NCBI GenBank assembly: GCA_034520945.1
Contig: JAXHNB010000001.1
Location: forward strand, 128,001-192,000
Length of the DNA stretch: 64,000 bases
Reading direction: 5' to 3'
DNA from: Trueperaceae bacterium
Lineage (GTDB): Bacteria > Deinococcota > Deinococci > Deinococcales > Trueperaceae
In this document: piece after piece, positions 9,513 through 19,025 of the stretch
How positions within the stretch are numbered: position 1 is the first letter of the stretch
Layout: each line of letters opens with the position of its first letter
Made by a program: the position numbers and the translations under genes
Notes under the pieces: model-generated
What the model was told of the DNA's origin: nothing
Databases searched by the model: none
The model's input: the letters and a program-made list of their open reading frames with translations, nothing else

Positions 9513-10844
9513 TTACGCTCTGAGGCGCTCCAGCAGCCGCGCGACCGTCATGGTGCCGTGCTCGAAGTCTTCGAGCCGCATGTGCTCATTCGGCCCGTGG
9601 ATGCGGCTGCCGGGGTAGCCGCATCCCAGCCCCACCACGGGTAGGCCCAGGCCCGCCACGAACGGGTGGATCGGGCCCGAGCCGGGGCTGTTGGGCATCA
9701 CCACCGGCTCGGCGTCGTGCACGTCGCGCAGGGCCCCCACCGCCGCCCGCACGAACGGGTGGTTCACGTCGGAGCGGGCGGCGCGCTCGGCGTGCGGAAG
9801 CGGCACCACCTCCACGTCGCTGAACCCCGCGGCGCGGAGGTGCGCCCGCAGCGCGTCCAGCACCTGCTGAGGGTCCTGGTCCGGCACCAGCCGCAGGTCC
9901 AGCTTGGCGGTCGCGTGGTGCGGGATGACGGTCTTGGCGCCTTCGCCGCCGTAGCCGGCGTGGACGCCGTTCACGTTCAGCGTCGGCTCGAAGTAGAGGG
10001 CGTGGCGCCAGGCGGCGCCGCGCAGACCCCCCAGGTAGCGGTCCACGCCGAACGTCTCCGCCAGGGCGGCGTCCTCGTCGGGCAGTTCGTCGACCAACGC
10101 CCGCGCCGCCGCGTCCGGGGGGTGGACGCCGTCGCGGAAGCCGGCGATCGTCACGTTGCCGTCGGCGTCCCGTAGCGTCGCGAGGGCAGCGGCCAGCCGG
10201 GCGGCGGCGTTGTCGACCACCACGCCGTAGCTGGAGTGCAGGTCGCGTCCGGCGGTGCGGGTGTGCAGCTCCAGCGTCAGGATGCCCTTCATGCCGCAGT
10301 ACGTCATCGGACGCCCGGCGGCGTCGACGCCGCCGAACTCCCACACGCACCCATCGGCGGCGAGGGCGCCTGCGTGCGCCGCGACGTAGTCGGCCAGGTG
10401 GGGGCTGCCGATCTCCTCCTCGCCCTCGATCACGAACTTCACGCCCACGGGGAGCTCGCCGTGGCGTTGCCGGTAGAGGCGCAGCGCGGTCAGGCGGGAG
10501 ACCAGCTCGCCCTTGTCGTCCGCTGCGCCGCGGCCGTACACAGCGCCGTCGCGCTCGGTCAGCGTGAACGGGTCGCTGCTCCAGGCCTCCCGCGGGTCCT
10601 CCGGTTGCACGTCGTAGTGGTTGTAGAACAGCACCGTCGGCGCGCCAGGCACCAGGCGCTCGGCGTACACCACCGGCGCGCCGCCGGTGTGGTGCAGCGC
10701 CGCGTCGAAGCCGTCCTCCCGCAGCATCGCGGCGATCAGCTCGGCGGTCTCGGGGATGGCGCGACCATCGGCCGCCACCGACGGCAAAGCGACCAGGCGT
10801 CGGAGCCGCGCCAGCGCCTGGTCGCGAAGGTCGGGGGGCAGCAC
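9513..10844 (-). CDS. M20-family metallopeptidase/dipeptidase
   Basis: YNHYDVQP, YGRGAADDKG, EGEEEIGS, DLHS, HGPNE; GTG start 10844. Confidence 0.92.
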   Translation of the reverse strand: MLPPDLRDQALARLRRLVALPSVAADGRAIPETAELIAAMLREDGFDAALHHTGGAPVVYAERLVPGAPTVLFYNHYDVQPEDPREAWSSDPFTLTERDGAVYGRGAADDKGELVSRLTALRLYRQRHGELPVGVKFVIEGEEEIGSPHLADYVAAHAGALAADGCVWEFGGVDAAGRPMTYCGMKGILTLELHTRTAGRDLHSSYGVVVDNAAARLAAALATLRDADGNVTIAGFRDGVHPPDAAARALVDELPDEDAALAETFGVDRYLGGLRGAAWRHALYFEPTLNVNGVHAGYGGEGAKTVIPHHATAKLDLRLVPDQDPQQVLDALRAHLRAAGFSDVEVVPLPHAERAARSDVNHPFVRAAVGALRDVHDAEPVVMPNSPGSGPIHPFVAGLGLPVVGLGCGYPGSRIHGPNEHMRLEDFEHGTMTVARLLERLRA

Positions 10845-10845
10845 G

Positions 10846-12342
10846 TCAGTCCAGCTCGGCGGCGTACAGCCAGATACGCTCGTCGGTGCGCGGCGTCCAG
10901 TCCAGCCGGTCGCTGACGCCGTAGAGGTCCTGCGGCTTGTAGAGCTCGATGACCGGCGCCAGTTCGTGGATCCGTTCCGTCGCGGTGCGGTACGCCTCCA
11001 GTCGCGCCTCGCGGTCGACGGTGCTGCGGCCCCGGTCCAGCGCCCGGTCGAGCGTCTCGTCGCTGAAGTAGGACAGCAGCTCATCGGTGTAGAGCAGCGA
11101 GTAGTACACGAAATCGGCGTCCTGGGGCGCGTTGCCCCAGCCGATCAGGTACAGGTCCGGCGCGGCGCCGGAGAACAGGTCGCCGACGTAGGCGCCATAC
11201 TCCCGCACGTCCAAGGTCACGTCGACGCCCGCCTGCTGCAGCTGCTCCGCCACCGCCTGCGCCACCTGCACGTCGTTGACGTAACGGCCGTTGGGCGCCT
11301 CCAGCGTCAGCGGCAGGTCGCTGGCACCGGCCTCGGCCAGCAGCTCCCGTGCCGCCTCGGGGTCGTGGCCGTACGGCTCCAGCTCAGGGTTGAAGCCAAA
11401 GTCGAGCTCGGTCAGCATCGCCGTGGTCGGCGTGGCGCGCCCCCCGAAGATCCCCTCGATGATCCCGCCTACGTCCACCGCCAGGTTCAGTGCCCGGCGC
11501 ACCCGCGGATCCTGCAGGGCGGGGTTGGCGCTCACGGTATTGATGCCGACGTAGATGACGCGTGCACCGTCCACCGCCTCCAGCGAGGCGTTCCGCGTCG
11601 ACGCCACCGACTCGGCCAGGTTCGGCGGCACCTGGTTGATCAGGTCGGCCTCCCCGGCCGAGAGGCTGGCGAAGCGCGTGGTGGCCTCAGGCACCGGCCG
11701 GAACACCAGCTCCTCGATGTCGGGCGCGCCGCGCCAGTAGTGTTCAAAGGCGCGCATGCGGAGCTCCACGTCCCGCCGCCAGTTCTCGACTTCGAACGGC
11801 CCCGTGCCGACCGGCGCTTCGGCGAAGGCGTCCTCGCCCATCTCCTGGAAGGTGTCCGACGGGACGATCATCAGCTCGGACAGGTAGTGCTCCGCCAGCG
11901 GGGTGGGCGCCGTGGTGGTGATGCGCACGCCGTGGTCCCCCGTCGCCTCCACCGATTCGATGAAGTCGAAGCCGCCCGCGATCGGCGACTCGGTCTCCTC
12001 GTCCAGGATGCGCTGAATGGTGAACACCACGTCCTCGGGCCCGAAGGACGTGCCGTCGTGGAAGGTGACGTCCTCGCGGAGGTCGAAGGTCCACACCGTA
12101 TCCGACTCGGCGCGCCAGTCGGTGGCCAGCGCCGGCGTGTAGGAGCCGTCCGCTTCCTTGTGGATGAGCGCGTCGAAGACGTTGATGACCGCGTTGAAGG
12201 TGGACGTCTCGCGGTTCATGGTCGGATCGAGCGTGCTGGCGTCGGCGGATTGCATCACCACGACCGGCTGCTGCGCGGCCGCCAAGCCGGCCAAGCCGGC
12301 GGCGATGAGCGACGACAGGACAATGCGACGAATGAGCGACAT
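10846..12342 (-). CDS. Peptide/nickel ABC substrate-binding protein (family 5)
   Basis: Signal peptide, LREDVTFHDG, PVGTGPF, DPRVRRALNLAVD; GGAGG before ATG 12342. Confidence 0.93.
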   Translation of the reverse strand: MSLIRRIVLSSLIAAGLAGLAAAQQPVVVMQSADASTLDPTMNRETSTFNAVINVFDALIHKEADGSYTPALATDWRAESDTVWTFDLREDVTFHDGTSFGPEDVVFTIQRILDEETESPIAGGFDFIESVEATGDHGVRITTTAPTPLAEHYLSELMIVPSDTFQEMGEDAFAEAPVGTGPFEVENWRRDVELRMRAFEHYWRGAPDIEELVFRPVPEATTRFASLSAGEADLINQVPPNLAESVASTRNASLEAVDGARVIYVGINTVSANPALQDPRVRRALNLAVDVGGIIEGIFGGRATPTTAMLTELDFGFNPELEPYGHDPEAARELLAEAGASDLPLTLEAPNGRYVNDVQVAQAVAEQLQQAGVDVTLDVREYGAYVGDLFSGAAPDLYLIGWGNAPQDADFVYYSLLYTDELLSYFSDETLDRALDRGRSTVDREARLEAYRTATERIHELAPVIELYKPQDLYGVSDRLDWTPRTDERIWLYAAELD

Positions 12343-12462
12343 CGAGGACCTCCAGAAGGATCGAGGGCGGTGGGCGCATCCCCAGCCGGGGCGCCGTCCG
12401 CCGGCATCATACCGGCGCGGCTTGGCGGGGCGGCGGCGCCGGCAGGGGGTAGGCTCTGGGCC

Positions 12463-13380
12463 ATGCTGCGCTACCTGCTTCGCCGGCTCGTGCTCAGCGT
12501 GGTGGTCCTGTTCGCCCTGACGGTGCTGGTGTTCGCGATGGTGAACCTGTCCGGCGATCCGGTCCGCCTGCTGTTGCCCCCCGACGCCAGCGCAGAGCGG
12601 GTGGAGAACTTCCGTGCCAACCTCGGCCTGGACGACCCGTTGCCCGTGCGCTACGGGCGGTTCCTGGCGCATGCCGTCCGGCTGGATTTCGGCGATTCCA
12701 TCCAGCTGCGCGACGCCGCCCTGGGCTTGGTGCTGGACCGCCTGCCGGCCACGTTGTCGCTGGCGGGCCTGGCGGTCGGCTTCGCGGTGCTGCTGGGGCT
12801 ACCGTTGGGCGTGCTGACGGCGGTGCGGCGCGACACGCCGTGGGACACGCTCATCACCTCGTTGGCGGTGTTCGGGCAGTCCACGCCGATCTTCTGGGTG
12901 GGGGTGATGAGCATCCTGCTGTTCTCGGTGCGGCTGGGGTGGCTGCCGGCTTCCGGCATCGGGACGCCGGCGCACTACGTGTTGCCGACCCTCACGCTGA
13001 CGCTGTTCCTGTTGGGGGGCCTGGTGCGGGTAACGCGCACCTCCATGCTGGAGGTGCTGGACAAGCAATACGTCCGCACCGCCACCGCCAAGGGGCAGCG
13101 CCGGCCGGTGGTGGTGTGGCGGCACGCGTTTCGGAACGCCACCATCCCGGTGGTGACGCAGATCGGGCTGCAGATGCGCTTCGTGATCGGCGGCAGCGTG
13201 ATCACCGAGACCATCTTCGCGTGGCCCGGCCTGGGCCGGCTATTGGTGCAGGCTGTCTACGCCCGTGACTACCCGGTGGTGGAGGCGGGCGTGTTCGTGG
13301 TGGCGTTGCTGCTGATCGTGATCAACACGCTGGTGGACCTGTCGTACGCGCGCCTGAACCCGCGCGTGGAGCTGGCGTGA
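12463..13380 (+). CDS. Peptide ABC permease (DppB/OppB type)
   Basis: MLRYLLRRL, LGLDDPL, YVRTATAKG, ETIFAWPGLG, RDYPVV; TAGGCT 7 nt upstream of ATG. Confidence 0.93.
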   Translation: MLRYLLRRLVLSVVVLFALTVLVFAMVNLSGDPVRLLLPPDASAERVENFRANLGLDDPLPVRYGRFLAHAVRLDFGDSIQLRDAALGLVLDRLPATLSLAGLAVGFAVLLGLPLGVLTAVRRDTPWDTLITSLAVFGQSTPIFWVGVMSILLFSVRLGWLPASGIGTPAHYVLPTLTLTLFLLGGLVRVTRTSMLEVLDKQYVRTATAKGQRRPVVVWRHAFRNATIPVVTQIGLQMRFVIGGSVITETIFAWPGLGRLLVQAVYARDYPVVEAGVFVVALLLIVINTLVDLSYARLNPRVELA

Positions 13381-14219
13381 CGGGGCGCGCCTGGCGGCGC
13401 TGGCTGCGGCGGCCCCGCACCTGGACGGCCGGCCTGGTGCTGCTGCCGATCGTGCTGGCGGCGTTGGCGGCGCCGCTCTACCCGCGTAGCCCCACCGATC
13501 AGGACCTGCGGGTCACCCTGGCCGCGCCGGGCACGGTCACGGAGGCAGGGACGATGTACCCCTTGGGCACGGACCAGCTGGGCCGGGACCTGGCGGCGCG
13601 CATCCTGCACGGCATCCGCGCCTCAGTGCTGATCGGGGGCGCGGCGTTGGCCCTCGCCGTGGTGGTGGGCACGGTGCTGGGGCTCCTGGCCGGGTACTTT
13701 GGCGGGCTGGTCGACGGCGTCGTGACCGGCCTGACCGAGACCCTGATGACGCTGCCGTTCATCCTGCTGGCGATCGCCGTGATCGCCGCCGTGGGGGCGT
13801 CCGCGAGCGTCTTAATCCTCACGCTCGGCCTGACCGGCTGGGTCAGCTTCGCGAAGCTGGTGCGGGCCAAGACCTTCGAGCTGCGGGGCGAAGAGTTCGT
13901 GCTGGCCGCGCGAGCGCTGGGGGTGCGCACGCCGGGGGCGCTAGGCCGGCACGTGTTGCCGAACGTGGCGCCCCTCATCCTGGTGGACGGCACCCTGCAG
14001 TTCGGCGCGCTGGTGCTGGCGGAGGCGGGGCTCAGCTTCCTGGGGTTGGGCCTGCGGCCGCCGACGCCCACGCTCGGCGGCATCCTGGCGGAGGGGCAGG
14101 TGTACCTCGCCAACGCCTGGTGGATTTCGACGCTGCCAGGGGTCGTGCTGCTGCTGATGGTGCTGTCGGTGAACGTTCTGGGCGACACGCTTCGGGACGC
14201 GGCCGCGCCGGGTGGGTGA
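13377..14219 (+). CDS. Peptide ABC permease (DppC/OppC type)
   Basis: LGTDQLGRD, EFVLAARALG, HVLPN, LSFLGLG. Confidence 0.93.
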   Translation: MTGRAWRRWLRRPRTWTAGLVLLPIVLAALAAPLYPRSPTDQDLRVTLAAPGTVTEAGTMYPLGTDQLGRDLAARILHGIRASVLIGGAALALAVVVGTVLGLLAGYFGGLVDGVVTGLTETLMTLPFILLAIAVIAAVGASASVLILTLGLTGWVSFAKLVRAKTFELRGEEFVLAARALGVRTPGALGRHVLPNVAPLILVDGTLQFGALVLAEAGLSFLGLGLRPPTPTLGGILAEGQVYLANAWWISTLPGVVLLLMVLSVNVLGDTLRDAAAPGG

Positions 14220-14344
14220 GCGCCTGGGACGTTTGCCGAAAGGGGAGCATCGGATGCGTGGGCCGCCTTCCCCGAGGACCTATCACCCCATGCGACCATG
14301 GGCGGCGAAGCCCGATTCCGTCATTCGCTGTGAAGGAGGCCGCC

Positions 14345-14590
14345 ATGAAATGCCCGATCTGCAAGGACGTCGATCTCGTTATGAGCGAGCGGCAGTCCAT
14401 CGAAATCGATTACTGCCCCGAGTGCCGCGGCGTGTGGCTCGATCGCGGCGAGTTGGACAAGATCATCGAGCGCAGCGACGCCGGCCCGCCCCCGGAGCGT
14501 CGCGAGGCAGGTCCGCGTCGCGACGACGACCGGGGCGGCTACGGGGGCAAGAGGAAGCGCAAGTCGTTCCTGCACGAGCTGTTCGACTGA
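14345..14590 (+). CDS. Small zinc-ribbon protein (zf-TFIIB family)
   Basis: MKCPICK..IEIDYCPECRGVWLDRGELDKII..KRKSFLHELFD; AAGGAGG RBS. Confidence 0.9.
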   Translation: MKCPICKDVDLVMSERQSIEIDYCPECRGVWLDRGELDKIIERSDAGPPPERREAGPRRDDDRGGYGGKRKRKSFLHELFD

Positions 14591-14629
14591 AGGCCGGTGT
14601 TTTGCGGCGCGTTGCGCCGAGAGCCCGGT

Positions 14630-15115
14630 TCACGCGGGGACGTCCCCCGCGTCGAGGTCGGCGAGCACGTCCGACACGGCCCGTTCCAGTGCCTCCCGCC
14701 GGGCGGGTCGTACCCCTGCCAGCATCTCCTCCAGGGCGGCGGCCGCGCGTGCGTGGCTGAGCGCCACCAGCGCGCGGCCCGCCTCGTCCAGGGCGATGCG
14801 CTTGCGGCGCCGGTCCCGTGGGTCCTCGCTGCGGGTGACGAGGCCTTTCGACACCAGGCGCTGCACCAGGTGGCTGGTGGCGGTGAGCGACAGGTTCAGG
14901 TGCCGCGACAGGTCGGAGACCGGTGCGGGCCCGGTAGCGTGGAGGTGATGCAACGTCGCCATCTGGGGGAGCGAGAGGCCGTTCTCGTGCAGGGTGTGCG
15001 CCATGATCGGGACGTGCCTGCGCACGTGCCAGCGCAACAGCTGCAGGACGGCGGTGGCCGCCTCGTCGCCCCCTTGGTCCCGTGGCGCTACCGTGGGGTC
15101 GTCCGCACCTTTCAT
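14630..15115 (-). CDS. MarR-family transcriptional regulator
   Basis: LSLPQ..VSDLSRHLNLSLTATSHLVQRLVSKGLVTRSEDPRDRR. Confidence 0.9.
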   Translation of the reverse strand: MKGADDPTVAPRDQGGDEAATAVLQLLRWHVRRHVPIMAHTLHENGLSLPQMATLHHLHATGPAPVSDLSRHLNLSLTATSHLVQRLVSKGLVTRSEDPRDRRRKRIALDEAGRALVALSHARAAAALEEMLAGVRPARREALERAVSDVLADLDAGDVPA

Positions 15116-15123
15116 CGCCGGCT

Positions 15124-15930
15124 TCACACGCTGCGCCGGTACTGGCGGATCGAGAGCGGCACGAACAGCGCCAGGATCCCCGCCATCCAGGCGAGGGTGG
15201 GCAGCAGAGAATCCAGTGGCCGGCCGAGGAACAGGGCGCGCACCGTGTCGACGGTCACCGAGATCGGCTGTACGTCGGCGAACGCCTGCAACCAACCCGG
15301 CATGGTCTCGACCGGCACGAAGGCGCTGCTGGCGAACACCAGCGGAAACACCCAGATGAAGCCGGCCACCTGCGCCGTCTCGGGGTCGCGCGTGACCAGG
15401 CCGATGAAGGCGCTGATCCAGGAGAACGCGAAGCCGAAGGCGACGACCAGCACCACGGCCAAGGCCGCGGCCAGAAGCCCGTCGTGGACACGGAACCCGA
15501 TGATCGCGCCGACACCCAGCATCAGCAGCACCACGAACACGTTGCGGAGGCTGTCCGCCAGGGTACGGCCCGCCATCACCGCGGCGCGGCCCATCGGCAG
15601 CGAGCGGAAGCGGTCCACCATGCCCTTCGACAGGTCCTCCGCCAGCCCGACCGTGGTCTGGGTGGCGCCGAACAGCACGGTCTGGACCAGGATGCCGGGC
15701 ATGAGGAAGTCGATGTAGGCGTCCACGTCGGGAGGCAGGAACAGCGCCCCGCCGAAGACGAAGTTGAACAGCAGCACGAACATGATCGGCTGGATCGTGG
15801 AGAACACCAGCAGTTGGGGCAGCCGCACGTAGCGCATCAGGTTGCGCTGCGCGATCACGATGGCGTCGTGGGCGTTGCGCCGCACGCGCCCCCACGGTCC
15901 CGTGGGGACGGGCGGGATGGCGGTGCTCAT
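15124..15930 (-). CDS. DrrB-type ABC-2 exporter permease
   Basis: QPIMFVLLFNFVFGG, DRFRSLPM, FASSAFVPVETMPGWLQAFA. Confidence 0.92.
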   Translation of the reverse strand: MSTAIPPVPTGPWGRVRRNAHDAIVIAQRNLMRYVRLPQLLVFSTIQPIMFVLLFNFVFGGALFLPPDVDAYIDFLMPGILVQTVLFGATQTTVGLAEDLSKGMVDRFRSLPMGRAAVMAGRTLADSLRNVFVVLLMLGVGAIIGFRVHDGLLAAALAVVLVVAFGFAFSWISAFIGLVTRDPETAQVAGFIWVFPLVFASSAFVPVETMPGWLQAFADVQPISVTVDTVRALFLGRPLDSLLPTLAWMAGILALFVPLSIRQYRRSV

Positions 15931-16916
15931 GCGGCCCGCCCCCCTTCCGGCACGGCCGCGTCTTCGTCCAGCCCGCTGCCGGTGAGGGCAAGGAAGGCGT
16001 CGTCGAGGGTGGCGCGGTGCAGGTCGATGTCGGCGAGCTCGATGCCGGCAGCGTCGACGGCGCGGACGACGCGTAGCAGGCCCTGGGCGCCGTCCGCGAC
16101 GGGCAGATGGATCCAGCGGCCTTCGGCGTCGAACGTGATCTCGGCGGCCGCCAGGGGCGCCAGGGCGTCTCGGGCGGCCTCGAACTGCTCGCGGCGCGCC
16201 ACCTCGAGGCGCACCACGTCGGTGCCCACGCGGCGCTTCAGCTCCGCGGAGGTGCCCTCGGCGATCACGCGACCGTGGTCGATCACCGCAATGCGGTCGG
16301 CCAGGCGGTCGGCCTCCTCCAGGTACTGCGTGGTGAGCAGGAGGGTCGTACCGCCCGCGACGAGCTCCTCGATGATGTTCCACATCTCCAGGCGGGTGCG
16401 GGGGTCCAGGCCGGTGGTGGGCTCGTCGAGGAACAGCACCTCGGCCTGGCCCACCAGGCTGGCGCCGAGGTCCAGGCGGCGGCGCATGCCGCCGGAGTAG
16501 GTCTTGACCGGGCGGTCGGCGGCGTCGGTCAGCTCGAGCCGCGCCAGGACCTCGTCGGCGCGGCGGCGCGCCTCGCGGCGCGGGAGGTGGTAGAGGAGCC
16601 CCACCATGCGCAGGTTCTCGCGTCCGGTGAGGTTCTCGTCGACCGCGGCGTACTGCCCGGCCAGGCCGATGCGCGGCCGCAGTGCCTCCGCCTCCCGGGC
16701 GACGTCGAGGCCCAGCACGCGGACCGTGCCTCGGTCGGGTTTCAGGAGGGTGGTGAGCAGGCGCACCAGCGTCGTCTTGCCTGCGCCGTTGGGGCCCAGC
16801 AGGCCGAACACGCGGCCGGCGGGGGCCTCGAGGGTCACGCCGGCGAGGGCGCGAATGGAGCCGAACGACTTGTGGACGTCGTCGACGATGATGGCAGGGG
16901 AATCGCTGCGAACCAT
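15927..16916 (-). CDS. DrrA-type ABC exporter ATPase
   Basis: GPNGAGKTT, GQYAAVDENLTGRENL, YSGGMRRRLD, DEPTTGLDP; TAGGAT 6 nt upstream of ATG. Confidence 0.93.
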   Translation of the reverse strand: MVRSDSPAIIVDDVHKSFGSIRALAGVTLEAPAGRVFGLLGPNGAGKTTLVRLLTTLLKPDRGTVRVLGLDVAREAEALRPRIGLAGQYAAVDENLTGRENLRMVGLLYHLPRREARRRADEVLARLELTDAADRPVKTYSGGMRRRLDLGASLVGQAEVLFLDEPTTGLDPRTRLEMWNIIEELVAGGTTLLLTTQYLEEADRLADRIAVIDHGRVIAEGTSAELKRRVGTDVVRLEVARREQFEAARDALAPLAAAEITFDAEGRWIHLPVADGAQGLLRVVRAVDAAGIELADIDLHRATLDDAFLALTGSGLDEDAAVPEGGRAA

Positions 16917-17025
16917 GCGATGATCCTAACCATCGCAGCAAATGGCGGGTGTCGTACGCGTTCGGGTCCGCGGCCTCGTGTCCGGCCCGTCGCTCGAGGC
17001 CGTCACGGTCCCGCCTAGGCCTCGT

Positions 17026-17913
17026 TCAGGCCCGCTCCTCCTCGCGGATCTTGACGTCGAAGGCGTCGCGCAGCGACTCCGCGAAGAAGGTGAAGCCGAG
17101 CGTGGCGATCACCAGGAAGCCGCTCCCGAACACGATCGGCCAGGGCGAAATGCGCACGTAGGAGTAGCCCTGCCGCAGGATGCTGCCCCAACTCGGGGTG
17201 GGGGGTGGGACGCCCAGGCCGAGGAAGCTGAGCCCCGCCTCGAAGGTGATCACGACGGGAATGTCCATCGCCGCCTGGATGAACAGCGGCGCGATCACGT
17301 TGGGCAGCAGGTGGCGCACCATGATGCGGGGCGCCCCCACGCCCAGCGCCTTCGAGGCCGTCACGTACTCCTCTTCGCGCGCCTTCATCGTCTGGGCCCG
17401 GATCAGGCGGCCGTACGACGGGAAGTTCACCACCCCGATGATCACCACCAGCATCGTCAGGTTCGGGCCCGTCAGCGCGATCAGCGCGATGGCCAGCAGC
17501 AGGTCGGGGAACGAGCGCACCACGTCGAACACCATTACGGTGACGTGGTCGACCATGCCGCCGAAGTACCCGGCGATCAGCCCGAAGGTCAGGCCCAGCA
17601 GCACGGCCAGGCCGGTGGCCGGCAACGCCACCATCAACGCGATGCGCGCGCCGTACAACAGGCGCGTGAATATGTCGCGCCCCAGTTGATCGGTGCCCAT
17701 CCAGTGATCGGCGTTCGGGCCGCCCAGGCGGTTCGCCACGTCGATCTCGTCGGGGGCGTAGGGCGTCAGCCAGGGCGCGAAGACCGCCAAGACCACGATC
17801 AATGTGACGAACGTCAGGCCCATCAGGCCCGTGAAGTCGGAGAACACCTTGAACAGGCGCATGCGGCGGATGCGCGTCAACAGGCCGGCGTCGCTGGGCA
17901 GGACCTCGCTCAC
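17026..17913 (-). CDS. Peptide ABC permease (DppC type)
   Basis: MGTDQLGRD, EYVTASKALG, HLLPN, PPPTPSWG. Confidence 0.93.
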   Translation of the reverse strand: MSEVLPSDAGLLTRIRRMRLFKVFSDFTGLMGLTFVTLIVVLAVFAPWLTPYAPDEIDVANRLGGPNADHWMGTDQLGRDIFTRLLYGARIALMVALPATGLAVLLGLTFGLIAGYFGGMVDHVTVMVFDVVRSFPDLLLAIALIALTGPNLTMLVVIIGVVNFPSYGRLIRAQTMKAREEEYVTASKALGVGAPRIMVRHLLPNVIAPLFIQAAMDIPVVITFEAGLSFLGLGVPPPTPSWGSILRQGYSYVRISPWPIVFGSGFLVIATLGFTFFAESLRDAFDVKIREEERA

Positions 17914-17914
17914 G

Positions 17915-18856
17915 TCACTCCGTCCGAATCCGCGGGTCGATGAACCCGTACGACAGGTCGGCCAAAAGGTTGGCGATGGCGTAGAGGAACACCGCCACGA
18001 TCAGCCCGCCCTGCACGACCGGGTAGTTGCGCGACTCGATGGCGTTCAGGATCAGGAAGCCGATGCCGGGCCGGTTGAAGATGATCTCGGTCAGCACCGT
18101 GCCGCCCAGCAGATTGCCGAACCCCACGCCGAGCACGGCGATGACGGGGATGAGCGCGCCGCGGAGCGTGTGGCGGTACAACACCACCATGCTGTGCAGG
18201 CCCTTGCTGTGCGCGGTGCGCACGTGATCCTTGCCGAGCTCCTCCAGCACGGAACTTCGGACCAGCCGCGAGATGTAGCCGATCCAGGGGATCGCCAACG
18301 CCATCACCGGCAGCACCAGGTGCCATGCCTGGCTGGCGAGGTTGCCTTCCTCTCCAGCGCCGCTGACGGGGAACCAGCCGAGCTGCACCGCGAAGATCAG
18401 CAGCAGCAACAGGCCCGCCACGAACGGCGGGGTGGTGATGAACGCCACCGAGATGAAGGCGGTGATGCGGTCGATCACCGAGTTGCGGAAGCCGGCGGAA
18501 TAGGTGCCGAGTGGAATGCCGACCAGGGCGGCCGTGCCGATACCGAGAAGGGCAAGCGCCACCGTGTGAGGTAGGGCGCCGAAGACGAGCGTGCTGACCG
18601 GAAGCTGGTTCAGTACGTCTTGGCCCATGTTGCCGCGCAAAATATTGCCGAGATAGGCGAACAGTTGAATCAAGAACGGCTCGTCCAACATCATCCGCTC
18701 GCGGAACGAGGCGATCATCCCCTCGGTCGCGCGCGGCCCCAGCATGACCCGTGCAGCGTCGCCGGGGATCAGGCGCAGGATGACGAACAGCAGCGCCATC
18801 GCCACCGTCACGGTGAAGACCGTGGTCAGCAGTCGCCGGAGCGTGAAGCGAAACAC
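17915..18856 (-). CDS. Peptide ABC permease (DppB type)
   Basis: IPGDAARVMLG, HVRTAHSKGL, EIIFNRPGIG, DPRIR. Confidence 0.93.
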   Translation of the reverse strand: MFRFTLRRLLTTVFTVTVAMALLFVILRLIPGDAARVMLGPRATEGMIASFRERMMLDEPFLIQLFAYLGNILRGNMGQDVLNQLPVSTLVFGALPHTVALALLGIGTAALVGIPLGTYSAGFRNSVIDRITAFISVAFITTPPFVAGLLLLLIFAVQLGWFPVSGAGEEGNLASQAWHLVLPVMALAIPWIGYISRLVRSSVLEELGKDHVRTAHSKGLHSMVVLYRHTLRGALIPVIAVLGVGFGNLLGGTVLTEIIFNRPGIGFLILNAIESRNYPVVQGGLIVAVFLYAIANLLADLSYGFIDPRIRTE

Positions 18857-18988
18857 GGTTCGATATCCCTCCCAGGGACGCGGCGAGAATCGAGATCGGC
18901 CACCTGGAACGGCGCAGAAACGCTTCGCTGCGCCGTCGTGCCAGGGGCGTCCGGCCCGCGCTCATGGCGGGTTCGGTTTCACGGCGAG

Positions 18989-19016
18989 GTGCCGGGGCCC
19001 GCGCGGGCCCCGGCAC
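18989..19016. repeat. Perfect 28-bp palindrome after binding-protein gene
   Basis: GTGCCGGGGCCCGCGCGGGCCCCGGCAC. Confidence 0.9.
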
Positions 19017-19025
19017 GAACGTCGT

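Noticed and set aside
10687..13380. Upstream-extended starts in the ORF track (dppB 10687, sigA 6919, BMP 50334, signalling protein 55508, ATPase 5707)
   Set aside because: They overlap other genes; RBS or -10 signals and homology support later starts
14221..14340. AAAGGGGAG...GACCT as a yybP-ykoY riboswitch, or GGCAAAC as a c-di-GMP riboswitch
   Set aside because: The other conserved elements are missing; only short chance matches
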